In this document: positions 17,785 to 26,515 of the stretch, one piece after another
Layout: each line of letters begins with the position of its first letter
How positions within the stretch are numbered: position 1 is the stretch's first letter
DNA from: Candidatus Limnocylindrales bacterium
GTDB taxonomy: Bacteria > Chloroflexota > Limnocylindria > Limnocylindrales > CSP1-4
Direction: 5' to 3'
DNA: 32,103 nucleotides
NCBI GenBank assembly: GCA_046708025.1
Contig: JBKKDW010000063.1
Span: forward strand, 1 to 32,103
The notes under the pieces: generated by a model
Databases searched by the model: none
Told to the model about the DNA's origin: nothing
What the model saw: only the letters and a program-made list of their open reading frames with translations
Made by a program: the position numbers and the translations under genes

Positions 17785-17820
17785 GCATGACTATGCATCG
17801 GCAATGTATGGTCATGCCAT
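17782..17820. promoter_or_regulatory. Tandem ARG-box-like operator (putative ArgR site) overlapping a TATGGT -10-like hexamer
   Basis: Box 1 is TGCAT-gact-ATGCA (17784-17797), a perfect palindrome. Box 2 is TGTAT-ggtc-ATGCC (17805-17818). Centre-to-centre spacing is 21 bp, the same geometry as E. coli TGAAT-N4-ATTCA box pairs. It lies directly upstream of argC, and argR is in the same operon. Confidence 0.5.
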
Positions 17821-17821
17821 C

Positions 17822-18937
17822 ATGATCGCGACCCTTCTCCCCCGCTCGGAGCGTGGCCTTGATCCGTCCGGCGGTCCGCGCCAGATCCGCGTGGGGATCA
17901 TCGGGGCGACCGGCTACGTCGGCGCCGAGCTCGTTCGGCTCCTCGCCCGCCACCCGAACGTGGACCTGGTGGGGCTCGCTGGACGGGGTCGCGACCACGA
18001 TCCGATCGCCGGCATCCATCCACACCTGGCCGGGACCGGCCTGACCGTCCATGCGGAACTGCCCCCGAGCGATGCCGTATTCATGGCCCTGCCGCACGGT
18101 GCGGCGGCTGCCCTGGTGCCGGACCTCGTGGCGGCCGGGACGGCCGTGATCGACCAGGGCCCCGACTTCCGGCTGCGCGACCCGACCGACTACCCGCGCT
18201 GGTACGGCTTCGAACACCCGCGGCCCGATCTGCTCGAGCTCGCCGTCTACGGGCTGCCCGAACTTCACCGGGCAGAACTCGCCGCATTGGTGGACGCGCC
18301 GGTCGCCATCGTCGGCGCACCCGGGTGCTACCCCACCGCTACCCTGCTCGCGCTCGCGCCGCTCGCGCGCGCGGGCCTGATCGGCGATCTCGTCGTGGAT
18401 GCCAAGAGCGGCGTCTCCGGGGCGGGCCGGGAAGCCAAGCCCGAGCTGCACTTCGGCGAGGTCAATGAGAGCGTCAAGGCGTACGGCCTCGGCGGCCACC
18501 GCCACGTCGCGGAGATCGAGCAGGAGCTGGCCACGATCACGGCCCGCGAGGGCCTCGATCCGGGCGCCAATCCGGGCACGTTCGCGGTGGACTTTCTGCC
18601 CCACCTCGTCCCGATGACCCGCGGCATCCTGTCCGCCTGCCACGTCCGCCCCACCCGCCGGGTGACCCAGGCCGAGCTCGACGAGCTGTATACCGACGCG
18701 TACGTGAGCGAGCCGTTCGTGACGGTCGTAGCGACGCCGCCGGCCACCAAGCATGTGACCGGCAGCAACCAGGTCCTGATCCACGTCCGTCTCGACGAGC
18801 GGACTGACCGGATCGTGGTCATCGGGGTCGAGGACAACCTGGTCAAGGGCGCCGCCGGACAGGCGGTCCAGGCGTTCAACCTCGTCCATGGACTGCCCGA
18901 GGCCGCCGGCCTCGAGCAGCTTCCCCTGGCCCCCTAG
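17822..18937 (+). CDS. argC: N-acetyl-gamma-glutamyl-phosphate reductase
   Basis: IIGATGYVGAELVRLLARHP, catalytic GCYPTA, DAKSGVSGAGR, EDNLVKGAAGQAVQAFN. The start is uncertain: ATG 17822 is preferred because ATG 17804 lies inside ARG box 2, and GTG 17891 is also in frame. Confidence 0.9.
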   Translation: MIATLLPRSERGLDPSGGPRQIRVGIIGATGYVGAELVRLLARHPNVDLVGLAGRGRDHDPIAGIHPHLAGTGLTVHAELPPSDAVFMALPHGAAAALVPDLVAAGTAVIDQGPDFRLRDPTDYPRWYGFEHPRPDLLELAVYGLPELHRAELAALVDAPVAIVGAPGCYPTATLLALAPLARAGLIGDLVVDAKSGVSGAGREAKPELHFGEVNESVKAYGLGGHRHVAEIEQELATITAREGLDPGANPGTFAVDFLPHLVPMTRGILSACHVRPTRRVTQAELDELYTDAYVSEPFVTVVATPPATKHVTGSNQVLIHVRLDERTDRIVVIGVEDNLVKGAAGQAVQAFNLVHGLPEAAGLEQLPLAP

Positions 18938-18958
18938 CCCCGCACCGCAAACGAGCCC

Positions 18959-20335
18959 ATGACCGTCCTCTCGCATGTGCCCGTCCCGACGTCCTCGCCG
19001 GACCTCCCACCGGTCGAGCGACACGCCGCCCTGCCTGCCGGCTTCAAGGCCGGTGGGCTGGCGGCCGGGATCAAGGCCTCCGGCCGCCCGGACCTGGCCG
19101 TGATCGTGACGACCGGGGGCCCGGCGGCGGCGGCCGCGGTCTTCACCTCGAATGCCTTTGCGGCCGCGCCCGTTCGCCTGTCGCGGGCGCACCTGGCGGC
19201 CACCTCGCGTGATCCGCGCGCCGGGTGCGGCTGGGCCGAGGCGATCATCGCGACCAGCGGCAGCGCCAATGCGGCGACTGGCTCGGCCGGCGAGGCCGAT
19301 CAGCTCGAGATCGCCGGTCTCCTGGCCGCCGCCACCGGCGCGCCGCTCGAGCAGACGCTCCACCTGTCGACCGGGATCATCGGCACGCGCCTGCCGCTCG
19401 ACCGGGTGGCTGGCGGCCTGGCCAGCCTCGTTCCGGGATTGGTGGCGGATGACGCCGGCCTGCAGGCCGCCGCCGTGGCTCTGTGCACGACCGACTCGGT
19501 GGCCAAGACGGCGACGGTCGTGGTGGAGCTGCCCGGCAGCGACGGCCATCCGGTGCGGGTCACGGTCAGCGGTATCGCCAAGGGCGTGGGCATGATCCAT
19601 CCCCAGATGGCCACGATGCTGGCGGTGATCCTGACCGACGTGACGGCGGCGCCCGAGACGCTCTGGGGGCTCCTCCGGCCAGCGGCCGCCCGGACCTGGA
19701 ACCAGCTGTCCGTGGATGGCGATACGAGCACAAACGACACGGTCTTCGTGCTGGCCTCCGGCGCTGCCGGGAGCGCTCCGGTCGAACCCGGCTCAATCGC
19801 CGCAGCCGCGCTCGGCGCCGCCATCGAAGCGGTCGCCCGCGATCTCGCCCGCCAGCAGGCAGCCGACGGCGAAGGGGCCACGACGCTGATCAGCGCCGAC
19901 GTGAGCGGTGCACGCGACGACGCCGAGGCACGAGCGGTCGCCCGTGCGATCGTGTCGTCCAGCCTGGTCAAGGCCGCGATCCACGGCCGCGATCCGAATT
20001 GGGGACGGGTCGCCGGCGCCGCCGGCAACGCAAGCCTGCCGCCAGCGCCGGTCCTGGAGGCGGTCGGCATCGGGCCGCCCGAGGCCGCCATCCGGGCGGG
20101 GACGCCCGCGGCGCTGAATCCGGCGCGTCTGCGGATTCGGATCGCCGGCCATCTCGTCTTCGATGGCGCGCAGGGCGGACCGGTCGACTTCGATCGGCCG
20201 GCGGTGCGCCTCGCCATGGACGCCCAGGAGGTCGTGATCGCCCTCGACCTCAGGCTCGGCGCCGGGCGTGGCGAAGCCTTTGGCTGCGACCTCAGCGAAA
20301 CCTACGTGACCGAGAACTCGGAGTACACGACGTGA
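18959..20335 (+). CDS. argJ: Bifunctional glutamate N-acetyltransferase / amino-acid acetyltransferase
   Basis: GFKAGGLAAGIK, SGSANAATG, self-cleavage region IAKGVGMIHPQMATML, DGDTSTNDTV, DPNWGRV, C-terminal YVTENSEYTT. Confidence 0.92.
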   Translation: MTVLSHVPVPTSSPDLPPVERHAALPAGFKAGGLAAGIKASGRPDLAVIVTTGGPAAAAAVFTSNAFAAAPVRLSRAHLAATSRDPRAGCGWAEAIIATSGSANAATGSAGEADQLEIAGLLAAATGAPLEQTLHLSTGIIGTRLPLDRVAGGLASLVPGLVADDAGLQAAAVALCTTDSVAKTATVVVELPGSDGHPVRVTVSGIAKGVGMIHPQMATMLAVILTDVTAAPETLWGLLRPAAARTWNQLSVDGDTSTNDTVFVLASGAAGSAPVEPGSIAAAALGAAIEAVARDLARQQAADGEGATTLISADVSGARDDAEARAVARAIVSSSLVKAAIHGRDPNWGRVAGAAGNASLPPAPVLEAVGIGPPEAAIRAGTPAALNPARLRIRIAGHLVFDGAQGGPVDFDRPAVRLAMDAQEVVIALDLRLGAGRGEAFGCDLSETYVTENSEYTT

Positions 20336-21120
20336 GCGAGGTCCTCGTCATCAAGCTGGGCGGCACGACCATTGCCGAGCAGCGCCAGGTGCTCGATGAG
20401 GTGGCGGCAGTCGCGCGGCGCCGGCCGGTCGTGCTGGTCCACGGCGGGGGCAAGCGGATCACCGAGTGGCTCGAGCGGCTCGGCGTTCCCAGCCGCTTCG
20501 AAGGAGGCCTGCGGGTCACCGACGCGCAGGCTCTCGAGGTCGCGGCGGCCGTCCTGCGCGGCGTGGTCAACAGCGAACTGGTGTCAGGTCTGCGCGATCT
20601 CGGAGTCGATGCGGTCGGGCTGTCTGGCGTGGACGGCGGCCTGCTCATTGCCGAGCGGATCCCGCGCCTGGGCCTCGTCGCCAGCGTCATCGGCCTGCGT
20701 CGTGATCTCCTCGATGCGATCCTCGTCGGCGGCCAGGTTCCGGTGGTCGCGCCACTTGCACGCGACGCCGACGGGGTCGTCTGCAACGTGAACGCGGACG
20801 ATGCCGCAGCGGGTATTGCGGCCGGCCTCGGGGCACGCCAGCTGGTCCTGCTGACGGACGTGGACGGGGTACGCGACGCGGCCGGGCAGCGCCTTGACGC
20901 GTTGACGGTTGGTGAAGCCGAGGCACTCATCGCGTCGGGAGTCATCGCCGGCGGCATGGTCCCCAAGGTCCGGGCCGCGCTCGCTGCGCTCGGCTGGGAA
21001 GGGTCGGAGGCGATCATCGCCGACGCATCCGCGCCTCGCGCGCTGGAGCGCGCCATATCCGACCCGACCTTCGGCACCCGGATCGTGGCCGGTCGGGAAA
21101 CCCGGGCAGGCGTCGCGTGA
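20332..21120 (+). CDS. argB: Acetylglutamate kinase (short, E. coli-like form, 262 aa)
   Basis: GTG 20332 forms a GTGA overlap with the argJ stop. VIKLGGTTI, VLVHGGG, GLRVTD, NVNADDAAAGIAAGLGA, GGMVPKV. Confidence 0.9.
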   Translation: MSEVLVIKLGGTTIAEQRQVLDEVAAVARRRPVVLVHGGGKRITEWLERLGVPSRFEGGLRVTDAQALEVAAAVLRGVVNSELVSGLRDLGVDAVGLSGVDGGLLIAERIPRLGLVASVIGLRRDLLDAILVGGQVPVVAPLARDADGVVCNVNADDAAAGIAAGLGARQLVLLTDVDGVRDAAGQRLDALTVGEAEALIASGVIAGGMVPKVRAALAALGWEGSEAIIADASAPRALERAISDPTFGTRIVAGRETRAGVA

Positions 21121-21626
21121 TCGGGATACCCCGAGTCATGAACACGGGTCACGGGCTCAAGCGGCTCCGCCAGCGGGCCATCCGCGAGCTGGTCATGGAG
21201 CGTCCGGTGAGCAGCCAGCGCGAGGTCGTGGACGCCCTGACCCGGCAGGGATTCGAGGTCACCCAGGCGACGGTCTCGCGTGACATCACCGAGCTCGGAT
21301 TGCACAAGGCGGCCCGCGCCGACGGTCACGTCTACGTCGTGCCCGAGGACCCGGCGGCCTCGGCGGCGCCCGCGTCCGACGAGCAGCTGCGCCGGATCCT
21401 GGCCGACATCCCGGTCATCATCGGTCGCAGCGGTCTAACCCTGGTGTTGACCGGGACGCCCGGAACGGCCAGTGTGATCGCCCAGGCGATCGACGAATCG
21501 ACCCTGCGCGAGCAGGAGGGCACGCTGGCCGGCGACAACACCCTGCTGGTCCTGTTCGCCAACGAGATTCGCCTCGAGCGCTGGCTCGATCGGTTCCGTG
21601 CACTCGCGGAGGTCTACAGGTCGTGA
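21117..21626 (+). CDS. argR: Arginine repressor
   Basis: GTGA overlap with the argB stop (ATG 21138 is the alternative start). The winged helix reads RQRAIRELVMERPVSSQREVVDALTRQGFEVTQATVSRDITELGL. The C-terminal oligomerisation/arginine domain reads TPGTASVIAQAIDES...GTLAGDNTLLV. Confidence 0.88.
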   Translation: MIGIPRVMNTGHGLKRLRQRAIRELVMERPVSSQREVVDALTRQGFEVTQATVSRDITELGLHKAARADGHVYVVPEDPAASAAPASDEQLRRILADIPVIIGRSGLTLVLTGTPGTASVIAQAIDESTLREQEGTLAGDNTLLVLFANEIRLERWLDRFRALAEVYRS

Positions 21627-22906
21627 ACAAGGTTGTCCTCGCCTATTCGGGTGGACTCGACACATCGGTCGCCGTGGCCTGGCTCAGGGAGCAGTTCGGG
21701 GTGGAGGTCGTGACCCTCACGGTCGACCTCGGCGGCGGATCGCTGCGCGGTGGCGTTGAGGCCCGGGCCATCTCCGCCGGGGCGTCGCGCGCCTATGTCG
21801 TCGATGCGCGGGAGCGGTTCGTGAGCGATTTCGTCTGGCCCCACCTGCAGGCCAATGCGCTCTACCAGGGCACCTATCCGCTGGCCACCGCGCTCGCTCG
21901 ACCCCTGATCGCGCAGCTCCTGGTCGAGGTGGCCAAGCGCGAAGGTGCCGACGCGGTCGCCCACGGTTGCACCGGCAAGGGCAACGACCAGGTTCGCTTC
22001 GACGTGGCCACCCACGCCCTGAATCCGGGCCTGGAGGTCATCGCCCCGATGCGGGTCGGGATGGGCCTGACCCGCGACCAGGAAATCGACTACGCGGCGG
22101 AGCGTGGGATCGAGATCCCGATCACCAGGGCGTCGCCCTACTCGATCGACGTCAACCTGTGGGGCCGCTCGTGCGAAACGGGAGTCCTGGAGGATCCCTG
22201 GGTCACGCCGCCGGCCGATGCCTACGAATGGACGGTCGCACCGGCCGACGCACCGGAGCCGGCGGAGGTGCTCATCGAGTTCGAGGGTGGCATCCCGGTC
22301 GCGCTCGATGGCGAGCGGCTCGCGCCGGTCGAGCTGGTCGAGCGCCTGCATTTTCTCGGCGGTGCGCACGGCGTGGGCCGGATCGACCACGTCGAGGACC
22401 GCCTGGTCGGGATCAAGAGCCGCGAGATCTACGAGACGCCGGCGGCGACCATCCTGCATGCGGCCCACCGCGCGCTGGAGGGTCTGACCCTGTCGCGCGA
22501 CACCCTCCGGTTCGATCGGTTCGTGGCCGACGAGCTGGCCCGCCTGATCTACGACGGCCTGTGGTTCAGCGCCCTGTCGCGCGACCTGCGGGCATACGTC
22601 GCCTCGTCGCAGCGGGTCGTCTCGGGCGAGGTCCGGGTGCGCCTGGACCACGGCAGCGCGGTCGTCGTCGGTCGGCGCTCGCCCCTCTCGCTGTACGACA
22701 AGTCGTTGGCGACGTACGACGAGGGCGACGCCTTCGACCACGCCTCGGCGGTCGGCTTCATCGAGATCTTCGGCCTGCCGCTGCGGGTCGAGGCGGCTCG
22801 CCACGGGGCGGTCGGCAAGCACCATGGGGCCGCCTGGACATGGACCGATCCTTTGCTTGCGGATCTGCCCACCACGGTCACCGATCCGGAGCGGGCGGCG
22901 GTCTGA
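21623..22906 (+). CDS. argG: Argininosuccinate synthase
   Basis: GTGA overlap with the argR stop. VVLAYSGGLDTSVA, AHGCTGKGNDQVRF, YSIDVNLWGRS, GIKSREIYETPAA. Confidence 0.93.
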   Translation: MNKVVLAYSGGLDTSVAVAWLREQFGVEVVTLTVDLGGGSLRGGVEARAISAGASRAYVVDARERFVSDFVWPHLQANALYQGTYPLATALARPLIAQLLVEVAKREGADAVAHGCTGKGNDQVRFDVATHALNPGLEVIAPMRVGMGLTRDQEIDYAAERGIEIPITRASPYSIDVNLWGRSCETGVLEDPWVTPPADAYEWTVAPADAPEPAEVLIEFEGGIPVALDGERLAPVELVERLHFLGGAHGVGRIDHVEDRLVGIKSREIYETPAATILHAAHRALEGLTLSRDTLRFDRFVADELARLIYDGLWFSALSRDLRAYVASSQRVVSGEVRVRLDHGSAVVVGRRSPLSLYDKSLATYDEGDAFDHASAVGFIEIFGLPLRVEAARHGAVGKHHGAAWTWTDPLLADLPTTVTDPERAAV

Positions 22907-22914
22907 TCGGGTCG

Positions 22915-23439
22915 ATGAGCATCGTGCCGGGCGCCGGCCAGCCTGAAGACCGTCGACTGCACGAGCTGGCATTCCTGCACGAGATTGCCCAACTGGCGAC
23001 CCTCGCCCGCGACTGGGATGAGCTGATGCGCACGATCGTCGACGGCACGACGGTCGCGATGGGCGTCCAGGTCTGCTCGTTCTACCTGACCGATCGCGAC
23101 CGGACCCGGCTGACCCTGGCCGCAACCAACGGGCTCGATCGCTCCCAGGTCGGGCGCGTCAGCCTGGCGTTTGGCGAAGGGATCTCGGGCCGCGTGGCGG
23201 CAGGGCGCGAGGCCATCGCCGTCGACGACGTCACCGCTGATCCGCGCTTCAGCTGGGTTCGCGGCTTCGACACGGCGGGGTTGCGCGCGATGCTGTCGGT
23301 GCCACTGGTCTGGCACGAGAACGTCGTCGGGGTGCTGAACGTCCAGGCCGTCGAGCAACGCCAGTTCCGCTCGGACGAGGTCGAGTTGCTGCAGACCATC
23401 GCGGCCCTGCTGGCCGGGATCGTCGAGAAGGGCGCCTGA
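22915..23439 (+). CDS. GAF-domain sensor module; N-terminal part of a frameshift-split histidine kinase
   Basis: ATG 22915 within ORF 21967..23439. The GAF fold pattern is LHEIAQLATLARDWDELMRTIVDG...SFYL...GEGISGRVAAGREAIAVDDV..DPRF...LRAMLSVPLVWHENVVGVLNVQA...F..DEVELLQTIAALLAG. The ORF ends at TGA 23437-23439. Confidence 0.8.
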   Translation: MSIVPGAGQPEDRRLHELAFLHEIAQLATLARDWDELMRTIVDGTTVAMGVQVCSFYLTDRDRTRLTLAATNGLDRSQVGRVSLAFGEGISGRVAAGREAIAVDDVTADPRFSWVRGFDTAGLRAMLSVPLVWHENVVGVLNVQAVEQRQFRSDEVELLQTIAALLAGIVEKGA

Positions 23440-23543
23440 CCGCGGAGGTCGAGGCTCGCCTGGCCCAGCTGACCGCACTCGACGCGGCGCGGGCCGAGCT
23501 CCTCTCGGTCGTCACCCACGAGCTGCGCACACCCCTCTCGGTC

Positions 23544-24152
23544 GTGCGGGTCTACGTCGACTTGCTCGCCGACGCGGCGCTTGACGGCCCGACCGCGGCC
23601 GTGGGCGAGTGGCGCGCCGCCGCCACCGACCAACTGGCGCGGCTTGACCGCCAGGTCGATTCGATCCTTGCCTCGGTCCGCGGCGAAGGGCTCACCGGGT
23701 TGTCCCGGGTGCCCTTCAACGCCGTGGCTTCGGTCGACGAGACGGTCGAGACGCTGCGCACGCTGCTTCGTCACCACCCGATCCGCTGGGCGCCTCCGGA
23801 CGAGCCGCTGACCGCGATCGGCGACGAGGTCCGCTTCCGGCAGGTGCTCGAACAGCTGCTCGAGAACGAGTCGAAGTATGCCCCGACCGCCGACGGCGTG
23901 AGCATCGGGGCGTGGCGGCTGGGCGACGAGGTCCAGGTCTACGTCACTGACGACGGTCCGGGCGTCCCGATCGAGGACTGGGAGAGCGTCTTCGAACCCT
24001 TCGTCCGGATCGATGGCCGGGGTGGCAGCCGCGGCTCGGGGATCGGCCTGTTCGCCGCCCGCCGGTTGATGGACGCTATGGGCGGCCGGGTCTTCCTCGA
24101 GCCAAACGGCTTCGGCGGCAGTCGCTTCGTGGTGGCGCTGCCGGCCGGCTGA
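23544..24152 (+). pseudogene. Histidine-kinase DHp/HATPase_c part. The called ORF starts at GTG 23544, but the coding signal in this frame begins at ~23433 and includes the H-box upstream of any start codon
   Basis: In the same frame upstream: RLTAEVEARLAQLTALDAARAELLSVVTHELRTPLSVV (His codon 23517-23519). Downstream are the N box LLENESKYAP, G1 DDGPGV and G2 GSGIGL. There is no ATG/GTG/TTG in this frame between ~23400 and 23544. Confidence 0.75.
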
Positions 24153-24158
24153 TCGCGG

Positions 24159-25259
24159 CTACCCGACGACGCGCGCCCCCTGCGCACGGAGATGGGCGTA
24201 ACCGGGTTTCACGACCTCGTTGATCAGGCGGAGTCGCTCGTCGAACGGTGCGAATGCGCTCTTCATCGCGTTGATCGTCAGCCACTCCATCTCGCCAAGG
24301 TCGATCCCGAACGCCGCGTCGAGCGACGCGAATTCGCTCGACAGGGTCACCCCGCTCATCAGCCGGTTGTCGGTGTTGACCGTCACCCGGTAGCGCAGCC
24401 GGCGGAGCAGGTCGATCGGGTGTTCGCTGACCGACGCCGCCGCACCGGTGTGGACGTTGGAGGTCGGGCACATCTCGAGCGGCACGCGACGGTCGCGCAC
24501 GAATGCCGCCAGCCGTCCCAACTCGACCGAACCGTCGGCTCGGGTGGTGATGTCGTCGACGATCCGGACGCCGTGACCCAGCCGCTCGGCTCCGGCGAAC
24601 TGGAGCGCCTCCCAGATCGGGGGCAGGCCGAATGACTCGCCGGCATGGATGGTGATGTGGAAGTTCTCGCGCCGGATGTGCTCGAATGCGTCGAGATAGC
24701 GGGTCGGTGGATAACCCTTTTCCGGCCCGGCGACGTCGAATCCGACGACCCCGGCATCGCGCCAGCGGACGGCGCACTCGGCGACCTCGACGGAGCGGGC
24801 CGCCTGGCGCATCGCGGTGACCAGCATCTTCATGACGATCGCGCGGCCAGACTCGGCGGCCAGCGCCGCGCCCAGCCGAAAACCCTCCAGGTTGGCGTCG
24901 ACGACCTCGTCGAGGGTCAGTCCGCGCTGGGTCGAGAGCTCAGGCGCAAAGCGGACCTCGGCGTAGACGACACCGTCGGCGGCCAGGTCCTGGGCGCACT
25001 CGGCGGCGACCCGGATGATCGCGTCGCGTTCCTGCATGACCCCGACGGTGTGGGCGAAGGTCTCGAGGTAGAGCTCCTGCGACTTGCGATCGGCGCCCCG
25101 GCGGATCCACGCGGCCAACTCGTCCGGATCGCGGGTCGGCAGGCCGTCATACCCGAACTCGCCCGCCAGATCCACGATCGTCGACGGACGCAGGCCGCCA
25201 TCGAGATGGTCGTGCAGGAGTGCCTTGGGCGCTCCGCGGATCGTGTCGGGCGTCAGCAT
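24159..25259 (-). CDS. add: Adenosine deaminase
   Basis: ORF 24159..25550 trimmed to ATG 25259. KALLHDHLDGGLRP, YAEVRFAP, GFDVAGPE, ITIHAGE, RLGHGV, LEMCPTSN, VNTDNRLMSG. Confidence 0.92.
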   Translation of the reverse strand: MLTPDTIRGAPKALLHDHLDGGLRPSTIVDLAGEFGYDGLPTRDPDELAAWIRRGADRKSQELYLETFAHTVGVMQERDAIIRVAAECAQDLAADGVVYAEVRFAPELSTQRGLTLDEVVDANLEGFRLGAALAAESGRAIVMKMLVTAMRQAARSVEVAECAVRWRDAGVVGFDVAGPEKGYPPTRYLDAFEHIRRENFHITIHAGESFGLPPIWEALQFAGAERLGHGVRIVDDITTRADGSVELGRLAAFVRDRRVPLEMCPTSNVHTGAAASVSEHPIDLLRRLRYRVTVNTDNRLMSGVTLSSEFASLDAAFGIDLGEMEWLTINAMKSAFAPFDERLRLINEVVKPGYAHLRAQGARVVG

Positions 25260-26515
25260 GGGGGCCTCCGGGCGGTGGCCGCGATGGTACTCAACCCGAA
25301 GCGATCGGCGGCGGTCTCGGCCAGGGTCCGGCCGATTGCCAGCGAGCTGGTCGCCGCCGGCGACGGGGCGTTCTGGACATGGATGACCCTTCCCCTGCCC
25401 CCGAGACTGAAGTCGTCGAGGAGCAACCCATCTCGCCCGAGCGCCTGGGCACGAACACCGGATGGACCAAAGATCAGCTGGTCGGCCCGGATGGCCGGGA
25501 CGTAGCGTTGCACCTCGCGCACGAATGCCGGCTTCCACCAGTCCCGCCACATCTCGGCGAGCCCGGTCCGCAGATACCGCCCCGCGAGGCGAAGGAAGCC
25601 CGGGTACGCGAGCGTCCCGGCGAGGTCACGCACGTTCAGGTCTCGCCGGCGATAGCCCTCGCGGGCAAAGGCGAGAACGGCATTTGGCCCGGCCCACACG
25701 GCCCCGTCGATCCGCCTGGTGAAGTGCACCCCCAGGAACGGGAACCGCGGGTCCGGCACCGGGTAGATCAAGCCACGGACGAGGTGCCGGGCGTCGGGTG
25801 TGAGCGTGTAGTAGTCGCCGCGAAACGGGACGATCCGGGGCGCGTCCATCGAACCGGCCATGGCCGCCACCCGGTCAGCCTGGAGCCCCGCGCACACGAT
25901 CAAGTGCCGGGCGACGATCGGTCCCGTGGTCGTTTCGACCGCCACCTCCCGGGCGGTCTCGCAGATGCCGGTGACCCGCCGCCCGAGCAGGATCTCCGCG
26001 CCGAGCCCGCGGATGTCGTCCGCCATCGCGAGCGCAACGCGCCGGAAATCGATGATCGAGGTGGACGGACTCCATAGCGCTCGGATCCCGGCCGCATACG
26101 GCTCGATCTCGGTGATTCGTTCGGGACCCATCTCCTCCAGCCCGGGAACGCCGTTGGCGATGGCCCGCTCCATGAGGGCGGCGAACCTCGGCAGCTCGCC
26201 TTCATCGAGTGCCACGACGAGCTTGCCGCAACGCTCGATCGGGATGGCGTGGCGCTCGGCGAACTGTTCCATGGCGGCCTTGCCTTCACGACAGAGGGTC
26301 GCCTTCAAGGAGCCCGGGGCGTAATAGAGCCCGGCGTGGAGGACGCCGCTGTTGTGTCCCGACTGGTGCGTCGCGAGCTCGACCTCCTTCTCCACGATCA
26401 CGATCCGAAGGTCGGGGTGCGACTGGAGCAGCTGGAAGGTCGTCGCGAGTCCCAGGATGCCACCACCGACCACGACCACGTCCGCGTTTACCACGGGGTC
26501 GCTTGCCTCGGGCAT
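25253..26515 (-). CDS. lhgO: L-2-hydroxyglutarate oxidase/dehydrogenase (LhgO/YgaF family, FAD-dependent)
   Basis: VVVVGGGILGLAT, HQSGHNSGVLHAGLYYAPGSLKA, PFRGDYY, LIYPVPDPRFPFLGVHFTRRIDG, GPNAVLAFAREGY, GVRAQA and NAPSPAATSSL are colinear with E. coli LhgO. Its stop overlaps the add start by 7 nt (ATGCTGA). Confidence 0.9.
   Translation of the reverse strand: MPEASDPVVNADVVVVGGGILGLATTFQLLQSHPDLRIVIVEKEVELATHQSGHNSGVLHAGLYYAPGSLKATLCREGKAAMEQFAERHAIPIERCGKLVVALDEGELPRFAALMERAIANGVPGLEEMGPERITEIEPYAAGIRALWSPSTSIIDFRRVALAMADDIRGLGAEILLGRRVTGICETAREVAVETTTGPIVARHLIVCAGLQADRVAAMAGSMDAPRIVPFRGDYYTLTPDARHLVRGLIYPVPDPRFPFLGVHFTRRIDGAVWAGPNAVLAFAREGYRRRDLNVRDLAGTLAYPGFLRLAGRYLRTGLAEMWRDWWKPAFVREVQRYVPAIRADQLIFGPSGVRAQALGRDGLLLDDFSLGGRGRVIHVQNAPSPAATSSLAIGRTLAETAADRFGLSTIAATARRPPC

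Noticed and set aside
17723-19600. 625-aa minus-strand ORF spanning the argC/argJ region; similarly 21614..23125 (-), 503 aa, over argG
   Set aside because: Both are antisense shadows of strongly recognisable arginine-biosynthesis genes. They have no domain signal, and they would start inside the AT-rich promoter region.
23420-23445. Programmed -1 ribosomal frameshift joining the GAF and kinase modules
   Set aside because: There is no X_XXY_YYZ slippery heptamer (the sequence is GAG_AAG_GGC_GCC_TGA). I also could not see an obvious downstream stem-loop or pseudoknot. A mutation or sequencing error is more likely.
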